Shown: positions 41,669-49,950 of the stretch, one piece after another
Layout of the letters: each line of letters begins with the position of its first letter
How positions within the stretch are numbered: the first letter of the stretch is position 1
Assembly: GCA_046583195.1 (NCBI GenBank)
Contig: JAYGCV010000010.1
Coordinates: 11,068-75,067 of the forward strand
Source of the DNA: Myxococcota bacterium
GTDB lineage: Bacteria; Myxococcota_A; UBA9160; UBA4427
Direction of reading: 5' to 3'
Length of the DNA: 64,000 bases
Translations under genes and position numbers: made by a program
Notes under the pieces: generated by a model
What the model saw: only the letters and a program-made list of their open reading frames with translations
The model's database searches: none
What the model was told of the DNA's origin: nothing

Positions 41669-41761
41669 ATGGGCAGTGTGGTCAAAAAGCGACGCAAGAA
41701 GATGCGGAAGCATAAGCAGCGAAAGCTGCTGAAGCGGATGCGTCACAAGCGGAAGCGCTAG
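41669..41761 (+). CDS. 30-aa highly basic peptide resembling ribosomal protein bS22 (AURKAIP1/COX24-like)
   Basis: It is not in the ORF track because it is under 60 aa. ATG 41669 to TAG 41759-41761 encodes MGSVVKKRRKKMRKHKQRKLLKRMRHKRKR. This closely resembles my recollection of mycobacterial bS22 ([25 protein letters not shown]...). It has its own promoter-like element. Confidence 0.7.
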   Translation: MGSVVKKRRKKMRKHKQRKLLKRMRHKRKR

Positions 41762-42005
41762 GCCCTCCGTCCTCCTGCCCCCGCGCGCCGCGCACACTTT
41801 CCTTCGCGTAGGCGCGCAAGACGCCCCGGATCCTTTGGCACTCGGCGGGAAAGTTGCGCGCTGGGTCGCGGGATGCCCCGCGAAACACGGCAAGTTTCGT
41901 GATGGCGGTGGGTCACTGCACGCCTCGCCCGCCGCTTTGCAGCGTTTTTGGGACCGTTGCTTGCAGTTTATGCGGCCAGATACTTGTTTTTTTTGACAAT
42001 TTGCC

Positions 42006-42035
42006 TTGACGGGGGCAAAACCGGGGTGGTAGCGT
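42006..42035 (+). promoter_or_regulatory. Candidate promoter of the H1-like gene with upstream T8 tract
   Basis: TTGACG (42006-42011), an 18-nt spacer, then TAGCGT (42030-42035). A second TTGACA at 41993-41998 is preceded by T8 (41987-41994), the most AT-rich patch in the window. This implies a ~200-nt leader. Confidence 0.3.
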
Positions 42036-42250
42036 CACCCGCAACAATGGCTTGAGTACCGCGGTTTACGAAGCAAAGGCCAATCAACGGCCCACGCATC
42101 GCGGCTTCCGGCTACCGGGGGGGAGGAGGATCGACACGTGCGATCCAGCACCCCTCGAACGTGGACGGCGGACTCGGAGTCTGTCCGATCTACGAGCCAG
42201 AAGCTTACGGCTGTAGCACTCGGGCCATTCTAAGAGGGGGTGACCCAGAA

Positions 42251-42484
42251 ATGGCAGCTCGAAAACGTAAGAAGGCGGCCAAGAAGAAGGCCACGCGGAA
42301 GAAGGCCACGCGCAAGAAGGCCACGAAGAAGAAGGCGACCAAGAAGAAGGCCGCCAAGAAGAAGGCCAAGAAGAAGGCCACGAAGAAGAAGGCCAAGAAG
42401 AAGAAGGCCAAGAAGAAGGCCGCGAAGAAGAAGGGCCGCCGGAAGAAGGCGACCAAGAAGAAGGCTCGCCGGCGCAAGAAGTAG
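42251..42484 (+). CDS. Histone H1-like Lys/Ala-repeat DNA-binding protein
   Basis: ATG 42251 is preceded by AAGAGGGGG. The product is MAARKRKKAAKKKATRKKATRKKATKKKATKKKAAKKKAKKKATKKKAKKKKAKKKAAKKKGRRKKATKKKARRRKK, composed almost entirely of K/A/T/R like bacterial H1/Hc2/AlgP-type repeats. It is followed by a strong terminator. Confidence 0.75.
   Translation: MAARKRKKAAKKKATRKKATRKKATKKKATKKKAAKKKAKKKATKKKAKKKKAKKKAAKKKGRRKKATKKKARRRKK
42269..42481 (+). repeat. Tandem imperfect 12-15 nt repeats (AAGAAGAAGGCCACG-type) inside the H1-like gene
   Basis: Direct reading shows aagaaggcggcc / aagaagaaggccacg / cggaagaaggccacg / cgcaagaaggccacg / aagaagaaggcgacc ... and so on. The coding strand is almost free of T. 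Confidence 0.8.
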
Positions 42485-42503
42485 CGCTGGACCGAGATGA
42501 GAG

Positions 42504-42556
42504 CCTCCCCCTAGGGGGAGGCGACGGACCCCGGCCGACCTCGTCGGCCGGGGTTT
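42504..42556 (+). terminator. Double hairpin, intrinsic-terminator-like, after the H1-like gene
   Basis: The first element is the palindrome CCTCCCCC-TA-GGGGGAGG (42504-42521). The second is a perfect 12-bp stem, ACCCCGGCCGAC (42528-42539) pairing with GTCGGCCGGGGT (42543-42554) around a 3-nt loop, running into TTT. Confidence 0.55.
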
Positions 42557-42648
42557 CGCTCGTCTGGGGGCTGGACTAGGATGCGGGCCCGATCCCGCGG
42601 GGTGCTCGATGGCTGCGGGGTCTGGGTCACACCCAGAAGGAGTGCTCG

Positions 42649-42909
42649 ATGGCGCGCGTCACGATCGAAGACTGCACGGAACAGGTCTCGAACCGGTTCC
42701 ACCTCGTACAGATGGCGGCGATCCGCACGAAGCAGCTCAAAAAGGGGGCTCGCGCCCTCGTTAGCGCCGAAGGCAACAAGCAGGTCGTCGTGGCGCTGCG
42801 GGAGATCGCGGCGGGTTTCGTAACGCCCGATTACACGGATCCGGGTCTGGCCGTGCCGCCGGAAGAAGAGGCGGTCGAGGGCGCCGAGGCCGTCGAAAGC
42901 GCCGAGTAG
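42649..42909 (+). CDS. rpoZ: DNA-directed RNA polymerase omega subunit
   Basis: [30 protein letters not shown] is the canonical RpoZ N-terminus. The SD GAAGGAG lies upstream. Confidence 0.92.
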   Translation: MARVTIEDCTEQVSNRFHLVQMAAIRTKQLKKGARALVSAEGNKQVVVALREIAAGFVTPDYTDPGLAVPPEEEAVEGAEAVESAE

Positions 42910-42927
42910 CTCGAGCCGGGAGCGGCC

Positions 42928-44058
42928 CTAAAGGGCCTGCGGCTCTGCGGTCTGCAACTCCGAGCCCTCGGGCTTCTCGTCCGTCACGCCCTCGAGTTCG
43001 AGCTTCGTCTGGAAGTCCGTCGGGTTGCTGGCGGCGGCCCAAGCGGTTTCGAGCGAAATCCGGTTGCTGCGGACCAGGTGCAACAGGTGCTGGTCGAAGC
43101 TCTGCATCCCGTCGGACGAGTTGCGTTCGAGGTACGCCGTGAGTTCGGATGTTCTCGCGGGGTCCTTGATGAATTCGCGAACCATCCGCGTTACGCGCAT
43201 GATCTCGACCGCCGGTACGCGACCGGTCTGTTTCTTGTTCGGTAGCAGGCGGAGTGAAATGATGGCCTGTAGGTTGTCTGCAAGCCGGGTCCGGACCTGG
43301 GCCTGCTCCTCGCTGGGGAAGAACGAGACCAGGCGATGCAGCGTCGAGGCGACGTCGCTGGTGTGGATGCTCGAGAAGACCAGGTGGCCGGTTTCCGCTG
43401 CCTTGAGGGCCGTGTCGACCGTGGTGTGATCGCGCATTTCGCCGACCATGATGACATCCGGGTCTTGACGCAGGGCGGCGTGCAGGGCACAGGGAAAGCT
43501 CTCGGTGTCGAGACCGATTTCGCGCTGTGTGATGATGCTCTTGCGGTTCTGGAAGATGAATTCGATCGGGTCTTCGATCGTGACGATCTTCTTCTTCTGG
43601 CTGCGGTTGATCTGATCGATCACGCAGGCCAGCGTGGTCGACTTCCCCATTCCCGTGGCCCCCGTTACCAAGACCTGGCCGCGACCCAGCGTGGCGAGCT
43701 GGGCGAGCTGCGGGGGTAGGTTGAGGCTCTCGAGGCTCGGAACTTCGAGGGGGATCACGCGGACGACGACATTGAATGCGCGCCGCTCGCGCGAGATGTT
43801 GACGCGGAAGCGGCCGCGGCCGGGGATCTCGTAGGCCAGATCGAGATCTCGCGGGAAGGGACCTTCGCCGCGACCGAGGTCGGCACACAGGTGCCGGACG
43901 ATCGCCTCGGTATCTTCGCGGGTGAGCGGGTCGAGGCGCAGTTCGACGAGCGAACCGTGGAAGCGGTAGAGAGGGGTGCAGCCCACCTGGAAGTGGATGT
44001 CCGAGGCTCCCTTCTCGAGTCCGAGGAGAAGGAGCTTCTCCAGCGTTTCACGATCCAT
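42928..44058 (-). CDS. pilT: Type IV pilus retraction ATPase PilT family
   Basis: MDRETLEKLLLLGLEKGASDIHF N-terminus (ATG 44058 preceded by GGGGGGA; the track ORF starts 8 codons earlier at a GTG). Walker A GATGMGKST; ALRQDPDVIMVGEMRD; SSIHTSD His box. It has an acidic C-terminal extension. Confidence 0.9.
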   Translation of the reverse strand: MDRETLEKLLLLGLEKGASDIHFQVGCTPLYRFHGSLVELRLDPLTREDTEAIVRHLCADLGRGEGPFPRDLDLAYEIPGRGRFRVNISRERRAFNVVVRVIPLEVPSLESLNLPPQLAQLATLGRGQVLVTGATGMGKSTTLACVIDQINRSQKKKIVTIEDPIEFIFQNRKSIITQREIGLDTESFPCALHAALRQDPDVIMVGEMRDHTTVDTALKAAETGHLVFSSIHTSDVASTLHRLVSFFPSEEQAQVRTRLADNLQAIISLRLLPNKKQTGRVPAVEIMRVTRMVREFIKDPARTSELTAYLERNSSDGMQSFDQHLLHLVRSNRISLETAWAAASNPTDFQTKLELEGVTDEKPEGSELQTAEPQAL

Positions 44059-44188
44059 CCGGCAATCCCCCCGATGATCCACGACCGAGCAATCTGCTTC
44101 CTGCCTATCGGCGAGTGGGGCGCTGCGCTGTAATTTCGCACGGCAATCCGGCGCCCCGGGGGGTTGGGTCCGCTATCGTGCGATCCGC

Positions 44189-44758
44189 GTGACGAGCGAA
44201 ACTAAAGCAGGCCAGAAGGGCGGTTCGGGCAAGGGCGGCTCGGGGCGCAGGCGGCCTGGGGTGGTCGCCATCCTCGCGCTGGTGTTGGCGGCGCCGGGAG
44301 TCGCACGGGCGGAGGCCGAGGAGGCCCCTGCGGCGCCGATGGTCGATCTCGACCGTCTGCTCCAGCTGCCGGATTCCTACCGCGAGCGCGTGCAAGGAAG
44401 CCCCGGACGCGCCCACGGACCAGACGTCTGGCGGCTGCGCTTCGCCGCCGCCGATCGCGCCGTTTCCGAAGCTAGGCAGGATCTTGCGAACGCCCAGGCG
44501 GCCCTGGGGAAGCTTGCGGGGGGAACTTCCGATTGGCAGTTGTCGGCTCCGGGGCTCGCCGCGGGCGGCGACCGCGAGAACTCCCCGCTCAGCTTTCGGC
44601 TCCGGGAACAAATCCGGAAGAGAAAGCAGGAACTCCAGGATGCGGAGAGGGGACGACTGGATCTGGAGGTCGAAGCCAATCTAGCCGGCGTGCCGAAGGG
44701 CTGGCGGGAGGCGCCTTCGGTCCCGGAAACGGACGCCAGGGGCGAAGGGGCGCGCTGA
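44189..44758 (+). CDS. Hypothetical secreted protein (signal peptide, helical/charged C-terminal half)
   Basis: GTG start. Gly/Lys-rich n-region followed by VVAILALVLAAPGVARAEA. G/C-rich third codon positions in this frame. No recognisable domain. Confidence 0.5.
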   Translation: MTSETKAGQKGGSGKGGSGRRRPGVVAILALVLAAPGVARAEAEEAPAAPMVDLDRLLQLPDSYRERVQGSPGRAHGPDVWRLRFAAADRAVSEARQDLANAQAALGKLAGGTSDWQLSAPGLAAGGDRENSPLSFRLREQIRKRKQELQDAERGRLDLEVEANLAGVPKGWREAPSVPETDARGEGAR

Positions 44759-44838
44759 CGCAGCACTTCGCTGCGTCCTTTGCAGGGGGGGCGATCCCGG
44801 CTAACCTGCCGCCGCCAGACGCCATAGGAGACACCGAA

Positions 44839-45015
44839 ATGGCCGACTCGGAAGAAAACGTTCCCGCAGAGGACAACGACGAGCCGCGAGGCACGCTCGA
44901 TACGACGTCGGTGCTCTACGTCGTGTGCGGCATTCCCGTGGTGATCATCTTCCTGGTCGGGCTCTTCTCGCTTGTCGGAGCCTGCGACCAGATGAACATC
45001 ATGGTGCCGGCCTGA
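44839..45015 (+). CDS. Hypothetical small single-pass membrane protein (58 aa)
   Basis: ATG 44839 lies 8 nt after AGGAG (44826-44830). Acidic N-terminus, then a TM helix VLYVVCGIPVVIIFLVGLFSLVGA. High GC3. Followed by the hairpin GCGGTGTCGCG...GCGCGGACACCGC. It is only the C-terminal part of track ORF 44533..45015. Confidence 0.5.
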   Translation: MADSEENVPAEDNDEPRGTLDTTSVLYVVCGIPVVIIFLVGLFSLVGACDQMNIMVPA

Positions 45016-45208
45016 GCCTGCCTTCCGCGGTGTCGCGTGAAGCGCGGACACCGCCCCGCGTCCGTCCCGGTACGCGCCAGGTTTAGTAAACGCGCAGGCC
45101 ACCGGCAGCGCTCGCCGGGGTGCGTTCAGTTGCGTTTCGCTCCACGAATCGACGTGTTCGGGAGAATCCCCTCTCAACCGACCGCCGAACGCTGCCGATT
45201 CAGGGGCC

Positions 45209-46099
45209 ATGCGGCGGTTCCCGATCTTTTCGCTTCTCGTTCTCATCGCGTTTGCGATGGGAAGCGTCGGCTGCCAGAGCTTTCTCTCGACCGGGCCGAA
45301 CTACGACTACTTCGCCCGGCCGCACCAGGATGACGCCTGGAGCCCAAAGATCGGCCAGTGGCAGCGACGCGCGCGGGCGGACCGTGATCGCCAGCGCCCG
45401 CTGCCCGGGCCGGCGATCGTGGCCACCCCAACACCGACCCGGGCTGCCATCGCGCCGAGCCCGAGCAAGACCGTGACCGACTCGAAGGCCGAGATCCCTG
45501 CATCGGCGGGCGCGAATACGTCTGCGGTTCTCGCGGCGGAAGCGGGTACGGCTTCTCCGGAGCCGGCCGCCCCCCTCGTCCGAGCCGTGACGCCGTCACC
45601 GGCGGACGGGTCCCTGCGCGAGAAATACCGCGACTTTCGGAGCGAGCGCCGTCGGGCCCTCGCCCGGGACCTCTCGGGCTGGATCCAGGAGCAGGCACAG
45701 CAGCACTACCGACCGGACGACAGCCGCGACCACTGGGCCACCCTCGAAGAGACGTTGCGCAGCAACGGTGACGATTGCGATGGACTCGAACTGCTGGTCT
45801 ACGACGCGCTGCTCGCGCTCGGATTCGACGCCACCGAGGTCTACCGAGCCATCGTCTACCGCCCCGAGGATCTCCAGCACCACATGGTGACACTCTGGTT
45901 CGAAGATCCGGAAGACCCTTGGGTGATCGACCCCACGGGTGCCATGACCGATTCGATGCAGCGCATGTCCGATCTTCCGGGATGGGTGCCCCTCAAGGTG
46001 TTCGGACTCCACTACGAATACAGTGTGCAGCCCGTCGCTCGGCAGGTGGCGCAGAACTTCCCAGTGGCTGCACCCGTCGCTTACGCGCGCAGCGACTGA
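45209..46099 (+). CDS. Lipoprotein with C-terminal transglutaminase-like cysteine peptidase (BTLCP / LapG-like, C93) domain
   Basis: Lipobox AFAMGSVGC, then a ~130 aa Pro/Ala/Ser-rich linker. C-terminal GDDCDGLELLVYDALLALG...LQHHMVTLWF...DPWVIDPTG matches the Cys...His...Asp spacing and context of the BTLCP family (GDCEDYALLK...HAVL...LDN). Confidence 0.6.
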   Translation: MRRFPIFSLLVLIAFAMGSVGCQSFLSTGPNYDYFARPHQDDAWSPKIGQWQRRARADRDRQRPLPGPAIVATPTPTRAAIAPSPSKTVTDSKAEIPASAGANTSAVLAAEAGTASPEPAAPLVRAVTPSPADGSLREKYRDFRSERRRALARDLSGWIQEQAQQHYRPDDSRDHWATLEETLRSNGDDCDGLELLVYDALLALGFDATEVYRAIVYRPEDLQHHMVTLWFEDPEDPWVIDPTGAMTDSMQRMSDLPGWVPLKVFGLHYEYSVQPVARQVAQNFPVAAPVAYARSD

Positions 46100-46173
46100 G
46101 GCGCCCGCCCGGCCTCCCCGTCGCCCATGGAACCGCCCGGCCCGCGTGGTAATCTCGCCCTGGGGGTGGGGGT

Positions 46174-47055
46174 TTGGTGCGAGAGCCGAAGGCACGCTTG
46201 CTTTGGAGCGCCATCGCGGTCTGCGGTCTGGCACTTGTGTGCGCGCAAGCCGCGGCCGGCGCCGAGGGCTTTGACACGATCGCCATCGACCCGGGCCACG
46301 GCGGCGACGATGCGGGCGCTCGGGGTGCTTCGGGCCACTCCGAGAAGGATCTGGTTCTCGATATCTCCCGGCGACTCAAGCGCCGGCTCGAGGCCCGCGG
46401 GCTGAAGGTGGTGCTCACCCGCACCGGGGATCGTTTTCTCGACCTCGCGGCGCGCCCGGCACTCGCGAATGCCGCGCACGCCGATCTCTTCCTTTCGATT
46501 CACGCGAACGCAGCGGCGAGTTCGCGCGTGGTGGGGGTCGAAACCTTCTTCCTGTCGCTCGATGCCAGCGACGAGGCCTCGCGACGCCTTGCTGAGCGCG
46601 AGAACCGCAGCGGATCGCAGTCCGCGAAGCGAGGCGGGGTCGACCCGTTGGAGCGCCTGCTTCACGATCTAAAGCAGAACGAAACCCTGCGCGAATCCGA
46701 TGTCCTGGCACGCTACGCCGAAGCGGAACTGGCAGACCTGGGGCCGAACCCTTCGCGCGGCGTCAAGCAGGCACCCTTCGCAGTGCTGATGGGCACGCGC
46801 ATGCCCTCGGTGCTGGTCGAAGTCGGCTTCATCTCGAATCCGGCCGAGGCGCGTTCGCTGGCTCGTCCCCAGCGCAGAGAGGCCATCGCAGGCGCGTTGG
46901 CCCGGGCGGTCCTCGCGTACGGGGCACGTTTCGATTCGCGGTCCGAGGCGGGGCGCCACGCCCGGGAGGAAACGGGGTACGATGCGCCGGCCCAGCGCAA
47001 GGCCCCCGCTTTTCGGGACCGGTTGCTGGCGGTAAAGGAGCCGGGTTCTCGATGA
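46174..47055 (+). CDS. N-acetylmuramoyl-L-alanine amidase (Amidase_3 family)
   Basis: Signal peptide. Motifs: IAIDPGHGGDDAGARG, HADLFLSIHANA, PSVLVEVGFISNPAE. Confidence 0.88.
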   Translation: MVREPKARLLWSAIAVCGLALVCAQAAAGAEGFDTIAIDPGHGGDDAGARGASGHSEKDLVLDISRRLKRRLEARGLKVVLTRTGDRFLDLAARPALANAAHADLFLSIHANAAASSRVVGVETFFLSLDASDEASRRLAERENRSGSQSAKRGGVDPLERLLHDLKQNETLRESDVLARYAEAELADLGPNPSRGVKQAPFAVLMGTRMPSVLVEVGFISNPAEARSLARPQRREAIAGALARAVLAYGARFDSRSEAGRHAREETGYDAPAQRKAPAFRDRLLAVKEPGSR

Positions 47056-47777
47056 GAAGAGATGGCCGCGCGGCGGACGCGCTGCGAACAATCGCATTTG
47101 ACCTCGACTTCACGGCGAACCCGCTCGGATCGGTGTTGTGCCGCATGGGTCGGACCGCCGTGCTGTGTACCGTTTCGGAGCAGGCGGGTGTGCCACGCTG
47201 GCTCAAGGGAAGCGGACAGGGCTGGCTCACGGCCGAATATTCGTTGCTACCGGGTTCCACCGATCAGCGCGTGGAGCGCGAGGCGACCCGCGGGCGCCTG
47301 TCGGGGCGGACCATGGAGATCCAGCGCCTGATCGGGCGCAGCCTGCGTGCGGTGGTGGACCTGCGAGTGCTCGGAGACCGCACCTTGTGGATCGACTGCG
47401 ACGTACTCGAAGCCGATGGCGGCACGCGCACCGCCTCGGTGACCGGCGCCTGGGTGGCGCTGGCGCTGGCCTGTCGGCGCTTGCAGGCACGCGAAAAAAT
47501 CACAGCCGATCCGCTCCGGACCTCGGTTGCGGCGGTTTCGGTGGGCATCGTCGATGGTGAGGTTCGGTTGGATCTCCCCTACGAGGAAGATGCGCGCGCG
47601 GACGTCGACATGAATTTCGTGATCACGGGGGAGGACCAGTTCATCGAGGTCCAGGGCACCGCCGAAGGGGCCGCTTTCTCGCGCGAGCAACTCGACGCGC
47701 TGACGTCGATCGCGCTTCGGGGCGCTACGGGCATTCGCGAAGCACAGGCGGAGGCGCTGCGCGGCGCGAAGGTCTGA
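47052..47777 (+). CDS. rph: Ribonuclease PH
   Basis: ATG 47052 (ATGA overlap). Motifs: RRDGRAADALR, GSVLCRMGRTAVLCTVS, GWLTAEYSLLPGST, DCDVLEADGGTRTASVTGA. Confidence 0.95.
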   Translation: MRRDGRAADALRTIAFDLDFTANPLGSVLCRMGRTAVLCTVSEQAGVPRWLKGSGQGWLTAEYSLLPGSTDQRVEREATRGRLSGRTMEIQRLIGRSLRAVVDLRVLGDRTLWIDCDVLEADGGTRTASVTGAWVALALACRRLQAREKITADPLRTSVAAVSVGIVDGEVRLDLPYEEDARADVDMNFVITGEDQFIEVQGTAEGAAFSREQLDALTSIALRGATGIREAQAEALRGAKV

Positions 47778-48388
47778 TGCCGAAGGCGCGTCCCGCGTTG
47801 GTGATCGCGACGACGAATCCGGGAAAGGTCTCCGAGATCGAGGCCATCCTCGGAGACTGCGGAGTCGATCTGCGTCCCCTGCCGGACGAACCGTTGGTGC
47901 GGTTCCCCGAAGAGGGGGACGACTACGCGCGCAATGCAGAGGCGAAGGCGCTGGCGGCGGCGCGACAGCTCGGGGTTCCCGCCCTGGCGGACGATTCGGG
48001 TCTCGAGGTCGACGCCCTGGGAGGGCGGCCCGGGCCCTTTTCGGCGCGCTATGGGGGCCCCGGACTCGAAGACGCGGCGCGCGTCGAAGCGCTCCTGGCC
48101 GAACTGTCAGAGGTCCCAGCCGCGCGGCGCGGCGCGCGCTTTGTCTGCGTCGTTGCCCTGGCGGACCCGGACGGGACCTGCGTGCTCGCCACCGGCGTGT
48201 GCGAGGGGGCGATTCTCAAAGCCCCGCGTGGCGAGTCCGGGTTTGGTTACGACCCGATCTTTCAACTCGAGGGTCGCAGCGAGTGCCTGGCGGAAATCGG
48301 TGCCGCGGAGAAGAACCGGCTCTCCCACCGCGCGCTGGCGTTGGGGCAGTTGCTTCCAGAACTCCGGCGACGTCTCGGGCTTGCCTGA
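47777..48388 (+). CDS. rdgB: Non-canonical purine NTP (dITP/XTP) pyrophosphatase
   Basis: TGATG junction with rph. Motifs: LVIATTNPGKVSEI, DDSGLEVDALGGRPG, FGYDPIF, KNRLSHRA. Confidence 0.93.
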   Translation: MPKARPALVIATTNPGKVSEIEAILGDCGVDLRPLPDEPLVRFPEEGDDYARNAEAKALAAARQLGVPALADDSGLEVDALGGRPGPFSARYGGPGLEDAARVEALLAELSEVPAARRGARFVCVVALADPDGTCVLATGVCEGAILKAPRGESGFGYDPIFQLEGRSECLAEIGAAEKNRLSHRALALGQLLPELRRRLGLA

Positions 48389-48406
48389 CCGCCTTGCCGG
48401 TGTGGC

Positions 48407-49828
48407 TCAGCTCATCACCGCGAGCGTCGAGAGGATCGCCCCGAGGCTGGCCGCCGCCAGTGCGATGGGGAATTGCGTTCGCACGTGGTCCATCAGGTCG
48501 CAGCCGGTGAACATGCTCGAGAGGATCGTGGTATCGGAGATCGGTGAGCACTGATCGCCGAAGACCGCCCCTCCGAGCACCGCGGCAAAGCAGACCTGGA
48601 CGTAGGTGGGGTCGGGGTTCAGTGCATAGGCCAGCGGGAGGGCCAGCGGGAAGACCACCGCGTAGGTTCCCCAGGAGGTGCCGGTGGCAAAGGCGATGCC
48701 CATGCACAGGAGGGTGAGCGCAGCCGGTAGAACCACCGCGGGGATGCCGTCTGCCAGGGCGCCGACGACGAAGGAGGCGGTCCCGAGTTCCTTCGACACG
48801 GTTCCGAGAGTGATCGCGAGAGCCAGCACCACGGCGCCCACGGTCATCTGCTGACAGCCATGCAGGAAGCCGTCGAGGATGTCCGTGAGGGACATGCCGC
48901 GCAGGCGTGCAACGAGCATCGATGTGAGCAGGGCGCCAACGAAGGCCTCGTCGATCCGGTTCTGGTCGAAGAAGACGATGGGGATCACGGCGACCGAGAG
49001 CAGCGCGACGATCGGCAGCGCGAAATCCAGCAGACTCGGGGTGTAGGCGCTCGGTTGGTCCCGGCCGGGCGCCGCCGGGATCCGCATGATCTCGGCGCCG
49101 GGGCGGTCCAGGCCCTGGCCACTTCGCGCCCGCTCGCGCGCGAGGGAAAGGGCTCGCCCGCACCAGGGAAGCCAGCCCAGCGAGAAGAGCAGCGTTGCCA
49201 GCAGTGCGAGCATCGCGTAGAAGTTGTAGGGCAGGGCGCTCCAGAAGAAGGCCTCGGCGAGTTGCTCGGTGGCCAGAATGGGGATCGTCCCGGCCACGAT
49301 GCCCGCCACGTAGAGCGGCCAGGCGTTGAAGGCGAGCAGGGTGGCCACCGGGGAGGCGGTCGAGTCGACGACGTAGGCGAGTTCTTCGTGGCTGATGCGA
49401 TGCCGATCGGCGACGGGCTTTACGGTCGAGCCGACCAGCACGGTGCTCACCGTGCCGCCCTGGTGGAAGACCAGGCCCATGACCCAGGTGAAGAAGAGGG
49501 CGCTGCGCGGCCCGCGAATGCTTTGCACCACCCAGTTGGCGAAGTGCAGCGCACCCCCGGTCTTTTCCCACATCCCGATCAGCCCGCCGAGGCACCAGAG
49601 GTAGATGATCAAGATTCGCGCGAAACTTTTGGTGCCGAGCGCCGGCAGCACGAAGTTCGAGATCGGATTCGCCTCGGCGAAGCTCCACGTCGTGACGAAG
49701 ATCACGGCGCTGCCCGCGAGGATGCCGGCGAAGAGCGCGGGGATCACGCGCCGGGTGGCGAAGGCGAGCCCGATCGTGACCAGCGCGGGCAGGAGCGAGA
49801 GCCAGGTCGCGGTCTGCGTCTCGGGCAT
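48407..49828 (-). CDS. nhaC: Na+/H+ antiporter, NhaC family
   Basis: 473 aa polytopic protein. N-terminal LSLLPALVTIGLAFATRRVIPALFAGIL, and a C-terminal GDQCSPISDTTILSS motif typical of the NhaC family. Confidence 0.8.
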   Translation of the reverse strand: MPETQTATWLSLLPALVTIGLAFATRRVIPALFAGILAGSAVIFVTTWSFAEANPISNFVLPALGTKSFARILIIYLWCLGGLIGMWEKTGGALHFANWVVQSIRGPRSALFFTWVMGLVFHQGGTVSTVLVGSTVKPVADRHRISHEELAYVVDSTASPVATLLAFNAWPLYVAGIVAGTIPILATEQLAEAFFWSALPYNFYAMLALLATLLFSLGWLPWCGRALSLARERARSGQGLDRPGAEIMRIPAAPGRDQPSAYTPSLLDFALPIVALLSVAVIPIVFFDQNRIDEAFVGALLTSMLVARLRGMSLTDILDGFLHGCQQMTVGAVVLALAITLGTVSKELGTASFVVGALADGIPAVVLPAALTLLCMGIAFATGTSWGTYAVVFPLALPLAYALNPDPTYVQVCFAAVLGGAVFGDQCSPISDTTILSSMFTGCDLMDHVRTQFPIALAAASLGAILSTLAVMS

Positions 49829-49950
49829 CGCGGCGAGTCTACCCCAGGCACCGCGGCGGGCCCGGTCGCGGGGCTAGACTGCCCGAATGAAAGAAGCGCT
49901 TCGAATCGCCCTGCGCCCGGACGTCTTGCGGCGCGCGGGCTCCTAGCGCG

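Noticed and set aside
42161-42250. GTG 42161 as the start of the H1-like protein, adding MDGGLGVCPIYEPEAYGCSTRAILRGGDPE.
   Set aside because: A strong SD (AAGAGGGGG) sits just upstream of ATG 42251. The extension is compositionally unrelated to the K/A repeat protein. No SD precedes 42161.
41762-42250. A known structured RNA (SRP/4.5S, RNase P, tmRNA, 6S) in the 490-nt gap before the H1-like gene.
   Set aside because: None of the hallmark motifs I can recall is present (for example GGAAGCAGCC for SRP domain IV, or GAGGAAAGUCC for RNase P). 6S cannot be judged by eye. The region is left as a promoter plus long leader.
44533-44838. Full-length track ORF 44533..45015 (160 aa) as one protein.
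   Set aside because: Its first 100 codons overlap the 3' half of the better-supported secreted-protein gene (44189..44758) in another frame and are R/G-rich. Only the segment from ATG 44839, which has an AGGAG SD and a TM helix, looks genuine.
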